Assembly: GCA_963756875.1 (NCBI GenBank)
Contig: CAVWPA010000001.1
Coordinates: 64,001-128,000, forward strand
Reading direction: 5' to 3'
DNA: 64,000 nucleotides
From: an uncultured Verrucomicrobiae bacterium
GTDB lineage: Bacteria; Verrucomicrobiota; Verrucomicrobiia; Chthoniobacterales; UBA10450
Part shown: piece after piece, positions 52,175-61,674 of the stretch
Numbering within the stretch: the stretch's first letter is position 1
How the letters are laid out: each line of letters begins with the position of its first letter
Notes under the pieces: model-generated
Told to the model about the DNA's origin: nothing
What the model saw: the letters and a program-made list of their open reading frames with translations, nothing else
Database searches by the model: none
Program-made: the position numbers and the translations under genes

Positions 52175-54643
52175 CTAAACGGCGGCGTCAAGATCTACCA
52201 GAATCTCGCGCGGCTTTGCACCTTCGCCGGGACCCAAAATACCGCGCTGCTCGAGAATATCAACGATGCGCGCCGCGCGTGTGTAGCCGAGACGAAGCCG
52301 GCGCTGCAACAATGAGGTGGATGCGCGCTTTTCCTGGCGGATGATTTCGAGACATTTTTCCACAAGCTCTTCGTCTTCGTCGCTCACCTCCTCTGCGGGC
52401 GCCGCAGTGGATTCCAGTTTTTCATGCATGGTCGGGTCGAAAGCGGGGCGGCCCTGCCCGGAAACAAATTCTACGAGGCGCCGGATCTCTTCGTCGGTCA
52501 CCAGGACGCCTTGAGCGCGGGTCAATCGCGAAGCGCTCGGCGGAAGATAAAGCATGTCTCCCTGGCCTAACAAACGGTCCGCGCCGTTCTCATCGAGAAT
52601 CACCCGGCTATCGATCTTGCTCGCGACCTGAAAGGCAATCCGGCTTGGAATGTTGGCTTTGATCACGCCGGTGATGACGTCGGCCCGCGGCGTTTGAGTG
52701 GCGACAATCAAATGAATGCCGGCCGCGCGCGCCATTTGCGTGATCCGCGCAATCGCGCTCTCCACATCGGCCGGCGCCGTTTGCATCAAATCGGCCAGCT
52801 CGTCGATGACGACGACGAAATAAGGTAATTTGTCCGGGATCGGAATTTCAGCTTTTTCCGCTTCTGTAGTGGCAGCCGTGTCGGCTGCGTTTGAAGATTT
52901 TGCAGGCGACACGCCTGCCTCTACAGCATCAGCGTCATGCTTCTTTTTCACTGGTCGCCCGTTAAAACCAATGATGTTACGGACTCCAACCCGCGCGAAA
53001 AGTTTATAGCGCCGCTCCATTTCATCGATGAGCCAGCGCAAGGCGAGCAGCACTTTTTTGGGATCGGTCACGACGGGGAAGGCCAGATGAGGCAGCGAAT
53101 TGTAAAGCTGCATCTCCACAACTTTGGGATCGATCATGATAAAACGCAGTTCTTCCGGTGTGAAACGGAAGAGCATGCTGGCGATGAGCGCGTTGATGCA
53201 GACGCTTTTGCCGCTGCCAGTCGTCCCGGCGACCAGTAAATGCGGCATTTGTCCCAGATCGGTGATGATGGCCTTGCCGTACACGTCTTTGCCCAGAGCG
53301 AGCGGGATTCGCGCGTGCGTTCTCGCTTCCTCCCAGTCCGGCGATTCCAACAGTTCCCGCAGCGTGACAGTCACTTTGCGCGTGTTCGCGAGCTCGATTC
53401 CCACCGTGTCCTTACCCGGGATCGGCGCGAGAATGTTGATCCGCTCAGCGCGAGTGGCCCGGGCCAGGTCGCGTTCGAGGCTGACGATTTTGTCCACCCG
53501 AACCCCCTTGGCCGGATAGACTTCGTAGCGCGTAATTGTCGGTCCTTTGGTAATGTCGCCCGCTGCGACCGCAATTCCGAATTGGCCGAGCGTTTCAATC
53601 AAAGTCTGCTGAACGCGTTGCAGCTCTGCCGGGTCGGCTCCGCCGCGCCCTTCGGGATCGTGTTCGGCGAGCAGGTCGAGCCCGGGGAGCGTGTAAGTTT
53701 TCGGGTCCCAGACCCGGCTCGTTAGGCCAGGCGTCGCCACCGCTCTTTTCCCGCCGCCGCGCAACTCGGCGAGCGACGGTTTCCTGCGTGGCGTCGCTGC
53801 GTCGCTTGGCAGCGCAGTGGTATCGACCACTTTCGGTTTCGGGCGATCGGCCAGTTCTTCAGGCGAAATGAATGTGGCTGCCGGTTCGGGCACCGCGGCA
53901 CCCTTTTTCTTTAATCGTTTCTCAAGCTGGCGGCTTTGCTTTGCCAGCTCCTTTTGGCTGATCTCGAGCTGGCCTTTAAGATCCGATTTTCGCAGTTGCC
54001 GATGCAAACGCCATTCGTGCAATTTGGCGAAGGCCGCGCGTGTGCCCAATACCGTTTGCCTGACCAGATAAATCGGCCGCAGCCCGGTCATAAGAATTAA
54101 CGTTGCAACGTAAACACCGGCGAGAAGAATGAGCGATCCGACTTTGCCCATGGAGCTGAGCAGCAGCGTTTTTCCAAAAAAGTAGCCGATCCAGCCGCCG
54201 GGACCGGGGATATTGAAAGCTGCTTTCCAACCCAGGAGATGGCGTGTCTGCAATTGCAACAGGCAGGCCCCGGACGCGATGAACAAAACCATCCACGGGA
54301 GGCGCCGCGTCACGCGTAAACTCGGGTGGAACAGTTTTGCGGCGCCGAAACCGAGCAGGATCGCCGCGAGCAAGTACGACGCGGCACCAATCATGAAGTA
54401 GCAAATACTTGCCAGGATTGCGCCGAACGGTCCGATGAAGTTCTGGGCCGGCCAGTTGGGCGGGGAGAGATAGCTCCACGGCACCCAGGACGGAAGATCC
54501 TTTGGATTGTACGAAACCAGCGCGAGAAAAGTTACAGTTCCGACGACAAGCAGAATGAGAGCGAAGACTTCGTTCCAGGCGTTGCTTTTTTTTGCGCTGC
54601 GTGCCACCGGCCAAGATAGTAATCCCGTGCTCGCGCCTTTCAA
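52175..54643 (-). CDS. ftsK: DNA translocase FtsK, with repeat-derived insertion
   Basis: 4TM N-terminus, GTTGSGKS, IDELAD, ATQTP, gamma domain LQRRLRLGY. Confidence 0.96.
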   Translation of the reverse strand: MKGASTGLLSWPVARSAKKSNAWNEVFALILLVVGTVTFLALVSYNPKDLPSWVPWSYLSPPNWPAQNFIGPFGAILASICYFMIGAASYLLAAILLGFGAAKLFHPSLRVTRRLPWMVLFIASGACLLQLQTRHLLGWKAAFNIPGPGGWIGYFFGKTLLLSSMGKVGSLILLAGVYVATLILMTGLRPIYLVRQTVLGTRAAFAKLHEWRLHRQLRKSDLKGQLEISQKELAKQSRQLEKRLKKKGAAVPEPAATFISPEELADRPKPKVVDTTALPSDAATPRRKPSLAELRGGGKRAVATPGLTSRVWDPKTYTLPGLDLLAEHDPEGRGGADPAELQRVQQTLIETLGQFGIAVAAGDITKGPTITRYEVYPAKGVRVDKIVSLERDLARATRAERINILAPIPGKDTVGIELANTRKVTVTLRELLESPDWEEARTHARIPLALGKDVYGKAIITDLGQMPHLLVAGTTGSGKSVCINALIASMLFRFTPEELRFIMIDPKVVEMQLYNSLPHLAFPVVTDPKKVLLALRWLIDEMERRYKLFARVGVRNIIGFNGRPVKKKHDADAVEAGVSPAKSSNAADTAATTEAEKAEIPIPDKLPYFVVVIDELADLMQTAPADVESAIARITQMARAAGIHLIVATQTPRADVITGVIKANIPSRIAFQVASKIDSRVILDENGADRLLGQGDMLYLPPSASRLTRAQGVLVTDEEIRRLVEFVSGQGRPAFDPTMHEKLESTAAPAEEVSDEDEELVEKCLEIIRQEKRASTSLLQRRLRLGYTRAARIVDILEQRGILGPGEGAKPREILVDLDAAV
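52865..52925. repeat. Family-A REP doublet inside ftsK
   Basis: TGTAGTGGCAGCCGTGTCGGCTGC-N13-GCAGGCGACACGCCTGCCTCTACA. Confidence 0.9.
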
Positions 54644-54657
54644 TCCCTCTTACGAGT

Positions 54658-54805
54658 TACTCCTGCTCTTGCTCGTGATCGAACCCGCAATTGGATCAGA
54701 GTCGCGCTCCTGCTCCTGCTCATGATCATGCTCCTGCTCCTGATCGATCAGCGGAATTCGATCAGGATCATGAGCAGGATCAGGATCATGATGAGGACCA
54801 GGAGT
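54658..54805. repeat. Inverted hexamer array (CTGCTC/ATGATC vs GATCAG/GAGCAG)
   Basis: 6-nt periodic arms around GATCAGCGGAATTCGATC. Confidence 0.78.
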
Positions 54806-54862
54806 CCGCTGCGCTTTCGCCTTGCGTTACCGGCTGCTCGCCCGTTAGTCTCCCTGCGCACT

Positions 54863-55090
54863 ATGCGATTTCGTCTTGGGAAATGCGTCGCGATTCTGGG
54901 TGGCGCGGCGGGAATGCTGATCTTCTGTTCGTGCGAAAAACATCACGTAGGCGAAATGCCGGAGGTGCAGCGAGAACATCCCGATCTGGTTACCGGGTCG
55001 GGGGAGGCTCCGGCTGCGGGTTCGGAAACATCACCATCGCCCTCGCCGTCGGCCAAGCCGACACCGGGTGAGTATTTCCCGGGAACCTAG
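54863..55090 (+). CDS. Small hypothetical lipoprotein
   Basis: Signal-like N-terminus, FCSC lipobox, SP-rich tail. Confidence 0.55.
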   Translation: MRFRLGKCVAILGGAAGMLIFCSCEKHHVGEMPEVQREHPDLVTGSGEAPAAGSETSPSPSPSAKPTPGEYFPGT

Positions 55091-55111
55091 GACCGTTAGG
55101 CAAATAAGAAC

Positions 55112-56608
55112 ATGGCCAAAGCTCAATACCTGACTACGCCGCCGAAGATCGCCACCATGCCGCCCGGCGTGCCGTACATCGTTGGGAACGAGGCCGCAGA
55201 ACGATTTTCGTATTACGGGATGAATTCCGTCCTGACCATTTTCATGACCACCTATCTCGTAAACAAGGTGGGTCATCTGGATGTAATGGCCCCGGCAAGA
55301 GCCGAAGCGTGGTATCACACTTTTGTTACATCGCTTTACCTGCTGCCAATTCTCGGCGCGGTTCTCGCCGATGCGATCTTCGGCAAATTCTGGGTCGTGT
55401 TTTGGCTGTCGATCGTTTACTGCGGGGGACATCTCACCCTGGCTCTGATGGGTTCCTCGGTCGCGCACGCGATTGAGCCGCGCTATCTTCTCGCGATCGG
55501 TCTTCTCTTGATCGCGCTCGGCGCCGGCGGAATTAAACCCTGCGTTTCAACAAACGTCGGCGATCAGTTCGGCGAATCGAACAAGCACTTACTGACTCGG
55601 GTGTTTAACTGGTTTTATTTTTCCATCAACGCCGGGTCCGCCATTTCGACGTTGCTCATTCCATGGCTCCTGGCGCCGGCAAGCGGGCTTCCAAACTGGC
55701 TCACGAATTTGTTGCCGACTTCCGTCTCAAATTTCCTGGTGAGTCCGCAACTGCACAGCCCGGACTTCGCATTTGGCCTTCCGGGCGTTTTCATGGCCAT
55801 CGCCACGGTCATTTTCTGGATGGGACGCAAGAAATTTGTCCATATCCCGCCAGTTGGGCTGCGACCGTACGGACGCGAGATTTTCAGCAAGGAAACATTC
55901 AAGATCCTGCTCAACATTTTGCTGCCTGTCCCGTTTATGGCCATGTTTTGGGCTTTATGGCAGCAGAATTTTTCCTCATGGATCGTTCAAGCGCAGTCAA
56001 TGGATCGACATCTCTTCGGGATTAACTGGCTGTCGTCGCAAATCCAGACCGTTAATCCGATTTTCATTCTGGTCATGCTGCCGCTCTTTTCCTATTTCCT
56101 TTATCCCGCCGTCGAGAAGCTGATTCCGCTGAGTCCGCTGCGGAAGATGGGCGCCGGATTATTTGTCGCTGCGGCATCGTTTTTTTTGGTGGCGATGATT
56201 CAAACGCGCATTGACGGCGGCGCGCGACCCAGCATCATCTGGCAGATTTGGGCGTTTGTGATCTTAACGGCCTCTGAAACGCTGGCCTCGCCGACTCACC
56301 TTGAGTTCTCCTACACGCAAGGACCAGTCAAGCTCAAGTCGCTTTGCATGTGTACCTATTTGCTCGCGATCTCACTCGGGAATGCTTTCACCGCCGGAGT
56401 CAATTTCTTCATCGAAAATCCGGACGGATCCGTGAAGCTGCAGGGAGCGAGTTACTTTATGTTCTTTTTCTGGATCATGCTGGGAACGGCGGTGCTGTTT
56501 GCCATCGTGACGCCGTTTTACAAGGGCCGGACGTATCTGCAGGATCAAACGAAGGTTACCGGTGACGCGGAGCCGGCGGTGGGATTTGCGGTTCAACCGG
56601 AGTCATAG
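55112..56608 (+). CDS. POT/PTR2 family proton-dependent oligopeptide transporter
   Basis: EAAERFSYYG, GGIKPCVS, FYFSINAGS. Confidence 0.93.
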   Translation: MAKAQYLTTPPKIATMPPGVPYIVGNEAAERFSYYGMNSVLTIFMTTYLVNKVGHLDVMAPARAEAWYHTFVTSLYLLPILGAVLADAIFGKFWVVFWLSIVYCGGHLTLALMGSSVAHAIEPRYLLAIGLLLIALGAGGIKPCVSTNVGDQFGESNKHLLTRVFNWFYFSINAGSAISTLLIPWLLAPASGLPNWLTNLLPTSVSNFLVSPQLHSPDFAFGLPGVFMAIATVIFWMGRKKFVHIPPVGLRPYGREIFSKETFKILLNILLPVPFMAMFWALWQQNFSSWIVQAQSMDRHLFGINWLSSQIQTVNPIFILVMLPLFSYFLYPAVEKLIPLSPLRKMGAGLFVAAASFFLVAMIQTRIDGGARPSIIWQIWAFVILTASETLASPTHLEFSYTQGPVKLKSLCMCTYLLAISLGNAFTAGVNFFIENPDGSVKLQGASYFMFFFWIMLGTAVLFAIVTPFYKGRTYLQDQTKVTGDAEPAVGFAVQPES

Positions 56609-56615
56609 CATCAAA

Positions 56616-58349
56616 ATGAAAAGAACGGTTCTCGCAGCGATGCTTTTTGTGCTGCTATCGATCCCCGTGGCCAACGCGAATCCCAAGGACGACGCGTTCG
56701 AGAAAATCGCCAGGGATTATGTGGAAGGGTATCTCGCCGAGCATCCCGAACGGGCCACCGAGCTTGGCGACCATCGTTTTGACGATCAACTGAGCGATTA
56801 CTCGGCCGCCACGCGAACCCGGCAGCTGGCCCGGGCAAAACAGTTTCGCGAAGAGCTAAAAAAATTCGACGATTACACTCAGCTAACGGGCCCGAATCGG
56901 GTGGATGTCCGCATCCTGCGCGACAACGTCGATAACGAAATCTTCCAGTTGGAAGAGTTGAAGGAACCCGATTGGAACCCATTGGTTTACACTCAGAGCC
57001 TCGCCGACAGCCTTTATCTCATTGTCGCACGCGAATTCGACACGCCGGAAAATCGCATTCCGAACCTGCGCAAACGCATGGAAGCGATCCCGCTTGTGAT
57101 CGAGGAAGCCGAGAAAAATCTGCAGCATCCGCCGCGTATCCACACGGAGACGGCGATCGAACAGACCGAAGGCGCAATCAAACTGGTGCGCGAGGGGCTC
57201 TCACCGCTTCTGGATCGGGCGCCGCAAATGAAGAAAGATCTCGCGCCGGTCCAGGAAAAAACAGCGAAGGCGTTGGAGGCCTACAAGAAGTGGTTGCAAA
57301 ACGATCTGCTTAAACGTTCCGACGGCAACTTCCGCCTCGGCGCTGAGAAGTACCGTAAGAAATTGCATTTCGCGCTCGCCTCGGACCTGTCGATGGAAGA
57401 AATCATGAAACGGGCGCAAACCGATCTGCATCAAACGCAGGACGCTCTTTATGAAACGGCGCTTCCGCTTTACAAAAAATATTTTCCGAAGGCCGATCAG
57501 GCAGCGCTCAACGACAAAAAGAAAGTCACGACTGCGGTCTTGAACAAGCTGGCCGAGCAGCGCCCGGACGACAACACGATCGTCGGGTTCTGCCAGAAGG
57601 TGGTCAGCGAGGCGACTAATTTTGTAAAGTCACACAACCTTGTCACCGTCCCGAACACACCGCTCGATGTGATTATCATGCCCGAATTCAAGCGGGGCGC
57701 GGCGGTTGCGTATTGCGACGCCGCGGGGCCGCTTGAGAAGCACGGCAAGACGTTTTTCGCCGTGGCGCCGACGCCTGACGATTGGTCGAAGGAACGAAAG
57801 GAATCTTTTTTCCGCGAATATAACAATTACATGATCCGCGATCTTACGGTGCACGAGGCGATGCCCGGGCATTATCTCCAGCTTGCTCATGCCAACGAGT
57901 TTCACGCTCCGACCCTGGTGCGCGCGATTTTCGAGAGCGGCACGTTCATCGAAGGCTGGGCGGTTTACTGCGAGCAGATGATGGCCCAGCAGGGCTATGG
58001 CGGACCCGATGTGAAAATGCAGCAGCTAAAGATGCGGCTGCGCGTCGATTGCAACGCCATTCTCGATCAGAGTATCCACGCTGGAAACATGACCGAAAAG
58101 GAAGCAATGGATTTAATGATGAAGGAAGGATACCAGCAGGAGGGCGAGGCGGTTGCGAAATGGAAACGCGCCCAGCTCACCTCCGCGCAGCTCTCCACCT
58201 ACTTTGTCGGAGTGAGCGAGCATCTCGATCTCCGCGCGGCTGCGGAAAAGAAGCTGGGCAAGGATTTCGATCTGGAGAAGTACAACGACCAGGTGATTTC
58301 ATACGGCAGCCCGCCGGTAAAATACGTCCGCGAATTGATGGGGCTGTGA
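56616..58349 (+). CDS. DUF885 family secreted protein (putative metallopeptidase)
   Basis: Signal peptide; HEAMPGH and EGWAVY motifs. Confidence 0.88.
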   Translation: MKRTVLAAMLFVLLSIPVANANPKDDAFEKIARDYVEGYLAEHPERATELGDHRFDDQLSDYSAATRTRQLARAKQFREELKKFDDYTQLTGPNRVDVRILRDNVDNEIFQLEELKEPDWNPLVYTQSLADSLYLIVAREFDTPENRIPNLRKRMEAIPLVIEEAEKNLQHPPRIHTETAIEQTEGAIKLVREGLSPLLDRAPQMKKDLAPVQEKTAKALEAYKKWLQNDLLKRSDGNFRLGAEKYRKKLHFALASDLSMEEIMKRAQTDLHQTQDALYETALPLYKKYFPKADQAALNDKKKVTTAVLNKLAEQRPDDNTIVGFCQKVVSEATNFVKSHNLVTVPNTPLDVIIMPEFKRGAAVAYCDAAGPLEKHGKTFFAVAPTPDDWSKERKESFFREYNNYMIRDLTVHEAMPGHYLQLAHANEFHAPTLVRAIFESGTFIEGWAVYCEQMMAQQGYGGPDVKMQQLKMRLRVDCNAILDQSIHAGNMTEKEAMDLMMKEGYQQEGEAVAKWKRAQLTSAQLSTYFVGVSEHLDLRAAAEKKLGKDFDLEKYNDQVISYGSPPVKYVRELMGL

Positions 58350-58350
58350 G

Positions 58351-58386
58351 ATTGTAGGGCGTTCGCCGCGGCGAACGCCCTACAAT
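58351..58386. repeat. Perfect 36-bp GTAG-headed palindrome
   Basis: ATTGTAGGGCGTTCGCCGCGGCGAACGCCCTACAAT. Confidence 0.85.
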
Positions 58387-58397
58387 TTGATCGTATC

Positions 58398-59036
58398 ATG
58401 CCGAACCTGGTCACATGGCTGCGCGAGAAGGACGTGAAATGGTTTCAACCGTTTTTCGCAAAGCACCCCGGCCTTCGCATTTGCAACGTCCGGGAAAATA
58501 CCGTGGTCCTGGAAGAAATGGAGGGCTTGCTTTTGACCGGAGGCTCCGATATCGCTCCGGAATTTCTTCGGCAGGAGGTTGTTGATCCCGGCGTGCTTGA
58601 GAAAGATGTCGACCCGGAACGGGACCGCTGGGAATTCGAAGCCCTCGAGCTGGCGATCGCGCAGGGGATCCCGATCCTGGCTATTTGCAAAGGCCTGCAG
58701 GTTCTTAATGTAGCGCTCGGCGGCACGCTCAAACTCGACATTCAAGGCCACAACCTGCCGGAACAAAAAGAGCGCGACATCCAGCCGCTGCGGCACGATG
58801 TCCGGGCGCAGCATCGGTTTGAGAAAGTGAACAGCCTGCATCATCAGGCGATTGACCGGTTGGGCAACGAGCTGGAGATCGAAGCCTGGTGCGCCGCCGA
58901 CGATATCATCGAACAGGTCCGGCTGCGCGATCATCCGTTTGCCGTGGGAGTGCAATATCATCCGGAACGCGGAAAGATTTACGACGGACTATTCGAGGAT
59001 TTCTTTTCGCATGTAAGAAATCTGTTGAATCGTTAG
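58398..59036 (+). CDS. Peptidase C26 / gamma-glutamyl hydrolase (PuuD-like, class I GATase)
   Basis: TGGSD, ICKGLQ, NSLHHQA, VQYHPE. Confidence 0.88.
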   Translation: MPNLVTWLREKDVKWFQPFFAKHPGLRICNVRENTVVLEEMEGLLLTGGSDIAPEFLRQEVVDPGVLEKDVDPERDRWEFEALELAIAQGIPILAICKGLQVLNVALGGTLKLDIQGHNLPEQKERDIQPLRHDVRAQHRFEKVNSLHHQAIDRLGNELEIEAWCAADDIIEQVRLRDHPFAVGVQYHPERGKIYDGLFEDFFSHVRNLLNR

Positions 59037-59092
59037 ACTCGAAAGACGGAACCATGTAACCATATAACGGTTTAACGAATCACGTTTCTGTC

Positions 59093-59974
59093 ATGTCCAC
59101 GCCGCAAAATACCATCGCCATCGTTTACGATTACGATCAAACGCTCAGTCCCAGTTACATGCAGGACGAGGTGCTCTTTCCCCGGTTTGGAATTGATGGC
59201 GGAAAGTTTTGGAAACGTTGCACCGAGCTCGTGCGCGAGGGGAACTACGATAACGAGCTCGCTTACATGAAAGTGCTCCTCGACACGCTCGGCATGGACA
59301 GGCCGACCAATGCGGAGCTGGAAAAGCTTGGCGCGAATTTGAATTTTTACAAAGGACTTCCAGAGATGTTCGAGGAGTTCCGCGACGGCCTGTTAAGCGC
59401 GGAACACAAAGCACATGGCGTTACCGTCGAGCATTACATCATCTCATCGGGCCTGAAGGTGCTGCTCGATGGAAGCCGCCTTCAGCCCTACGTGCGGGCC
59501 ATCTTCGGCTGCGAATTTGCCGAGGACGAACAGGGTCGAATCACGTTTCCGAAGCGCGTCATCAGTCACACGCAGAAGACGCAGTTTTTGTTTCGAATTA
59601 ACAAGGGCCTGCTCGACATGGCGCAGGACGTCAACGATCACATGGAGCAGGATATCCGTCCGGTGCCGTTCCTGAACATGATTTACGTCGGTGACGGCCC
59701 CACCGACGTCCCCTGCTTCACAGTAATGAAGAAAAACGGCGGGCAGGCCATCGCCGTTTATAATCCTGACGATCCGCAGCGTGCCGGTTTTAAAAAGTGT
59801 TACCAGCTTTCGACCCATGCGGACCGGGTCAAACACATCGCGCCGTCGGATTATCGGCCGAACACGCACCTGCGCATGCTGCTCGAACAAATGGTGGAAG
59901 AAATTGCCGACCGTATCGTCGAACAGCGCAAGACCGCGATCGAGACCGGCACCGTCCACGCGCCGAAACACTGA
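59093..59974 (+). CDS. HAD-like hydrolase
   Basis: YDYDQTL, IISSG, YVGDGPTDVP. Confidence 0.85.
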   Translation: MSTPQNTIAIVYDYDQTLSPSYMQDEVLFPRFGIDGGKFWKRCTELVREGNYDNELAYMKVLLDTLGMDRPTNAELEKLGANLNFYKGLPEMFEEFRDGLLSAEHKAHGVTVEHYIISSGLKVLLDGSRLQPYVRAIFGCEFAEDEQGRITFPKRVISHTQKTQFLFRINKGLLDMAQDVNDHMEQDIRPVPFLNMIYVGDGPTDVPCFTVMKKNGGQAIAVYNPDDPQRAGFKKCYQLSTHADRVKHIAPSDYRPNTHLRMLLEQMVEEIADRIVEQRKTAIETGTVHAPKH

Positions 59975-60041
59975 CGTGGCACCGGCATCTTGCCGATGAC
60001 TCATGGGTTGGCCTCCGGCTCGGAGAGAAGCCCATGCCACA
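59975..60041. repeat. GTGG-headed REP doublet with extra 16-nt insert
   Basis: CGTGGCACCGGCATCTTGCCGATGACTCATGGG...GAAGCCCATGCCACA; sister at 60822. Confidence 0.8.
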
Positions 60042-60189
60042 GCCGTCCGTCGATTTTCCGCAAGCGGGGAAAGCGAACAGAATAAGTCGGACATCTCGGA
60101 GAGATGTCCCTGCCTGCGGTCAGACGCCTTACAGAGGCGTGGCTGCAGGCGCAATTTTCCGGCGGTGGTGGGGTACCCCCCTGTGAAAA

Positions 60190-60696
60190 CTAATTGCCTG
60201 TTGGCGGCCGAGGGACGCTCGATTGCATCATTTGTCTGACAGCTTGTCCCTTGAGCGTCTCCACGTTTACGTTGTCATTAACGACTCTGCCCTTGTCGTC
60301 GACTTCGACCCAGCGATCGCCGCCAATGTGCGTTCCTGTCTGCGCCGGGACATACACCAAATGCGTTTTCGTCGCGACCTTATCCTTTTTTAAATCGAAG
60401 TTGAGCGTTGCCGGTTTACCCGAACGCGCACTCGCATTTAGAATCGATGCTTTGACCGTTCCTTTAACGATCAGGGTCACTTTGTAGGATATTCCGAGCG
60501 CCATCCGATCTGAAAAATAATGGCCACGAGCGTCCGTCTTAACGGTCTTGGAGAATGTTCCGGTTCTTGCTTCAATCTTAACGTCCGCTCCTTTTATGGG
60601 ATGCCCGCTGGCATCTTTCACAATACCTTCAAGCGCGGGAGTTCCAGCGAACGCGACCGAACTCAATAGGAAAAAACAGATAGTGGTGAGTTTCAT
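60190..60696 (-). CDS. Secreted protein with carboxypeptidase-regulatory-like (transthyretin-type) domain
   Basis: Signal peptide; LEGIVKDASGHPIKGADV, KTDARGHY. Confidence 0.78.
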   Translation of the reverse strand: MKLTTICFFLLSSVAFAGTPALEGIVKDASGHPIKGADVKIEARTGTFSKTVKTDARGHYFSDRMALGISYKVTLIVKGTVKASILNASARSGKPATLNFDLKKDKVATKTHLVYVPAQTGTHIGGDRWVEVDDKGRVVNDNVNVETLKGQAVRQMMQSSVPRPPTGN

Positions 60697-60821
60697 AGTT
60701 CCTCGATTTCTGGATCAATGGAACCATCTTTCCGCGCAGCAAAGCAAGGACTTTTAATCCACAAAATCCAATAAAGATGGGGTTAAACACAGGCCGCCGC
60801 TTTTTTCGCGGGGAGACTCGA

Positions 60822-60872
60822 CGTGGCATCGGCATCTTGTCGATAAGTCATGGGCTGGAAGCCCATGCCACA
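60822..60872. repeat. GTGG-headed REP doublet
   Basis: CGTGGCATCGGCATCTTGTCGATAAGTCATGGGCTGGAAGCCCATGCCACA. Confidence 0.8.
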
Positions 60873-60875
60873 ACC

Positions 60876-61535
60876 TCACACGCCGCGCTGCGTGGGCGAC
60901 CAGATGAACTTGTGCATCTGGAGCTGAAAACGGACGTCCAGCTTGTCGGCCAGGATCCATTCCACGATCTGGCGGGGATCGATTCGGCCGAAAATCGGCG
61001 AGAAGAGAACCGCGCGACAACGCTTGACCAAATCAAAGCGTTGCACCTTGTCGCGGGACCATTCGTAATCTTCCCGCGAGCCCATTACGAATTTTACTTC
61101 GTCACCCGCCGTAAGATGATCGAGGTTCGACCAGAGGTTTTTGCCGGCTTCATCGCTGCCCGGCGTTTTCAGGTCCATGATCCGATGAACACGCGGATCG
61201 ACCGCCGAAATATCGTGCGCGCCGCTCGTTTCTAGCAGCACCGTATGTCCCGCGTCGCACAGCATCGACATCAACGGCAGCACATTTTTTTGCAGAAGCG
61301 GTTCGCCGCCGGTGATCTCGACCAGTGGACATTGAAAGGTCGCAACACGATCCATGATCTCCGGCAACGACATTTTTTCTCCTTCGTAAAATGCGTATTC
61401 GGTGTCGCAGTAACTACAGCGCAAATCGCAGAAAGTCAGCCGGACAAAAACGCAACGTTCTCCCGCCCAGGTGCTCTCTCCCTGGATGGACTCGTAGATC
61501 TCGTTAATGGTGAGCGTCTGTTCGCGGTTTGCCAT
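60876..61535 (-). CDS. queE: 7-carboxy-7-deazaguanine synthase (radical SAM)
   Basis: SIQGE, CDLRCSYCDT, TGGEP, ETSG, QLQMHK. Confidence 0.9.
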   Translation of the reverse strand: MANREQTLTINEIYESIQGESTWAGERCVFVRLTFCDLRCSYCDTEYAFYEGEKMSLPEIMDRVATFQCPLVEITGGEPLLQKNVLPLMSMLCDAGHTVLLETSGAHDISAVDPRVHRIMDLKTPGSDEAGKNLWSNLDHLTAGDEVKFVMGSREDYEWSRDKVQRFDLVKRCRAVLFSPIFGRIDPRQIVEWILADKLDVRFQLQMHKFIWSPTQRGV

Positions 61536-61539
61536 TGGT

Positions 61540-61599
61540 TTGTAGGGCGTCTGTTTCAGACGCCAGCGGTAATAGCCATCTCACAGAGACGGCCTACAA
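61540..61599. repeat. GTAG-headed REP doublet
   Basis: TTGTAGGGCGTCTGTTTCAGACGCC ... CAGAGACGGCCTACAA. Confidence 0.7.
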
Positions 61600-61674
61600 T
61601 ACCACGCAAAATATGGTCCCGCGCAGCAATTGGGCGTTGAACGTTACGCTTTCTGTCTTGAGAGTTCCAGCGCT

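Noticed and set aside
54691..54862. ORF starts DQDHEQDQD / MIMLLLLID
   Set aside because: Translations of the hexamer array; the likely gene starts at 54863
60876..61535. queE as part of a 7-deazaguanine DNA-modification island
   Set aside because: No dpdA or other dpd/que genes adjacent; housekeeping context
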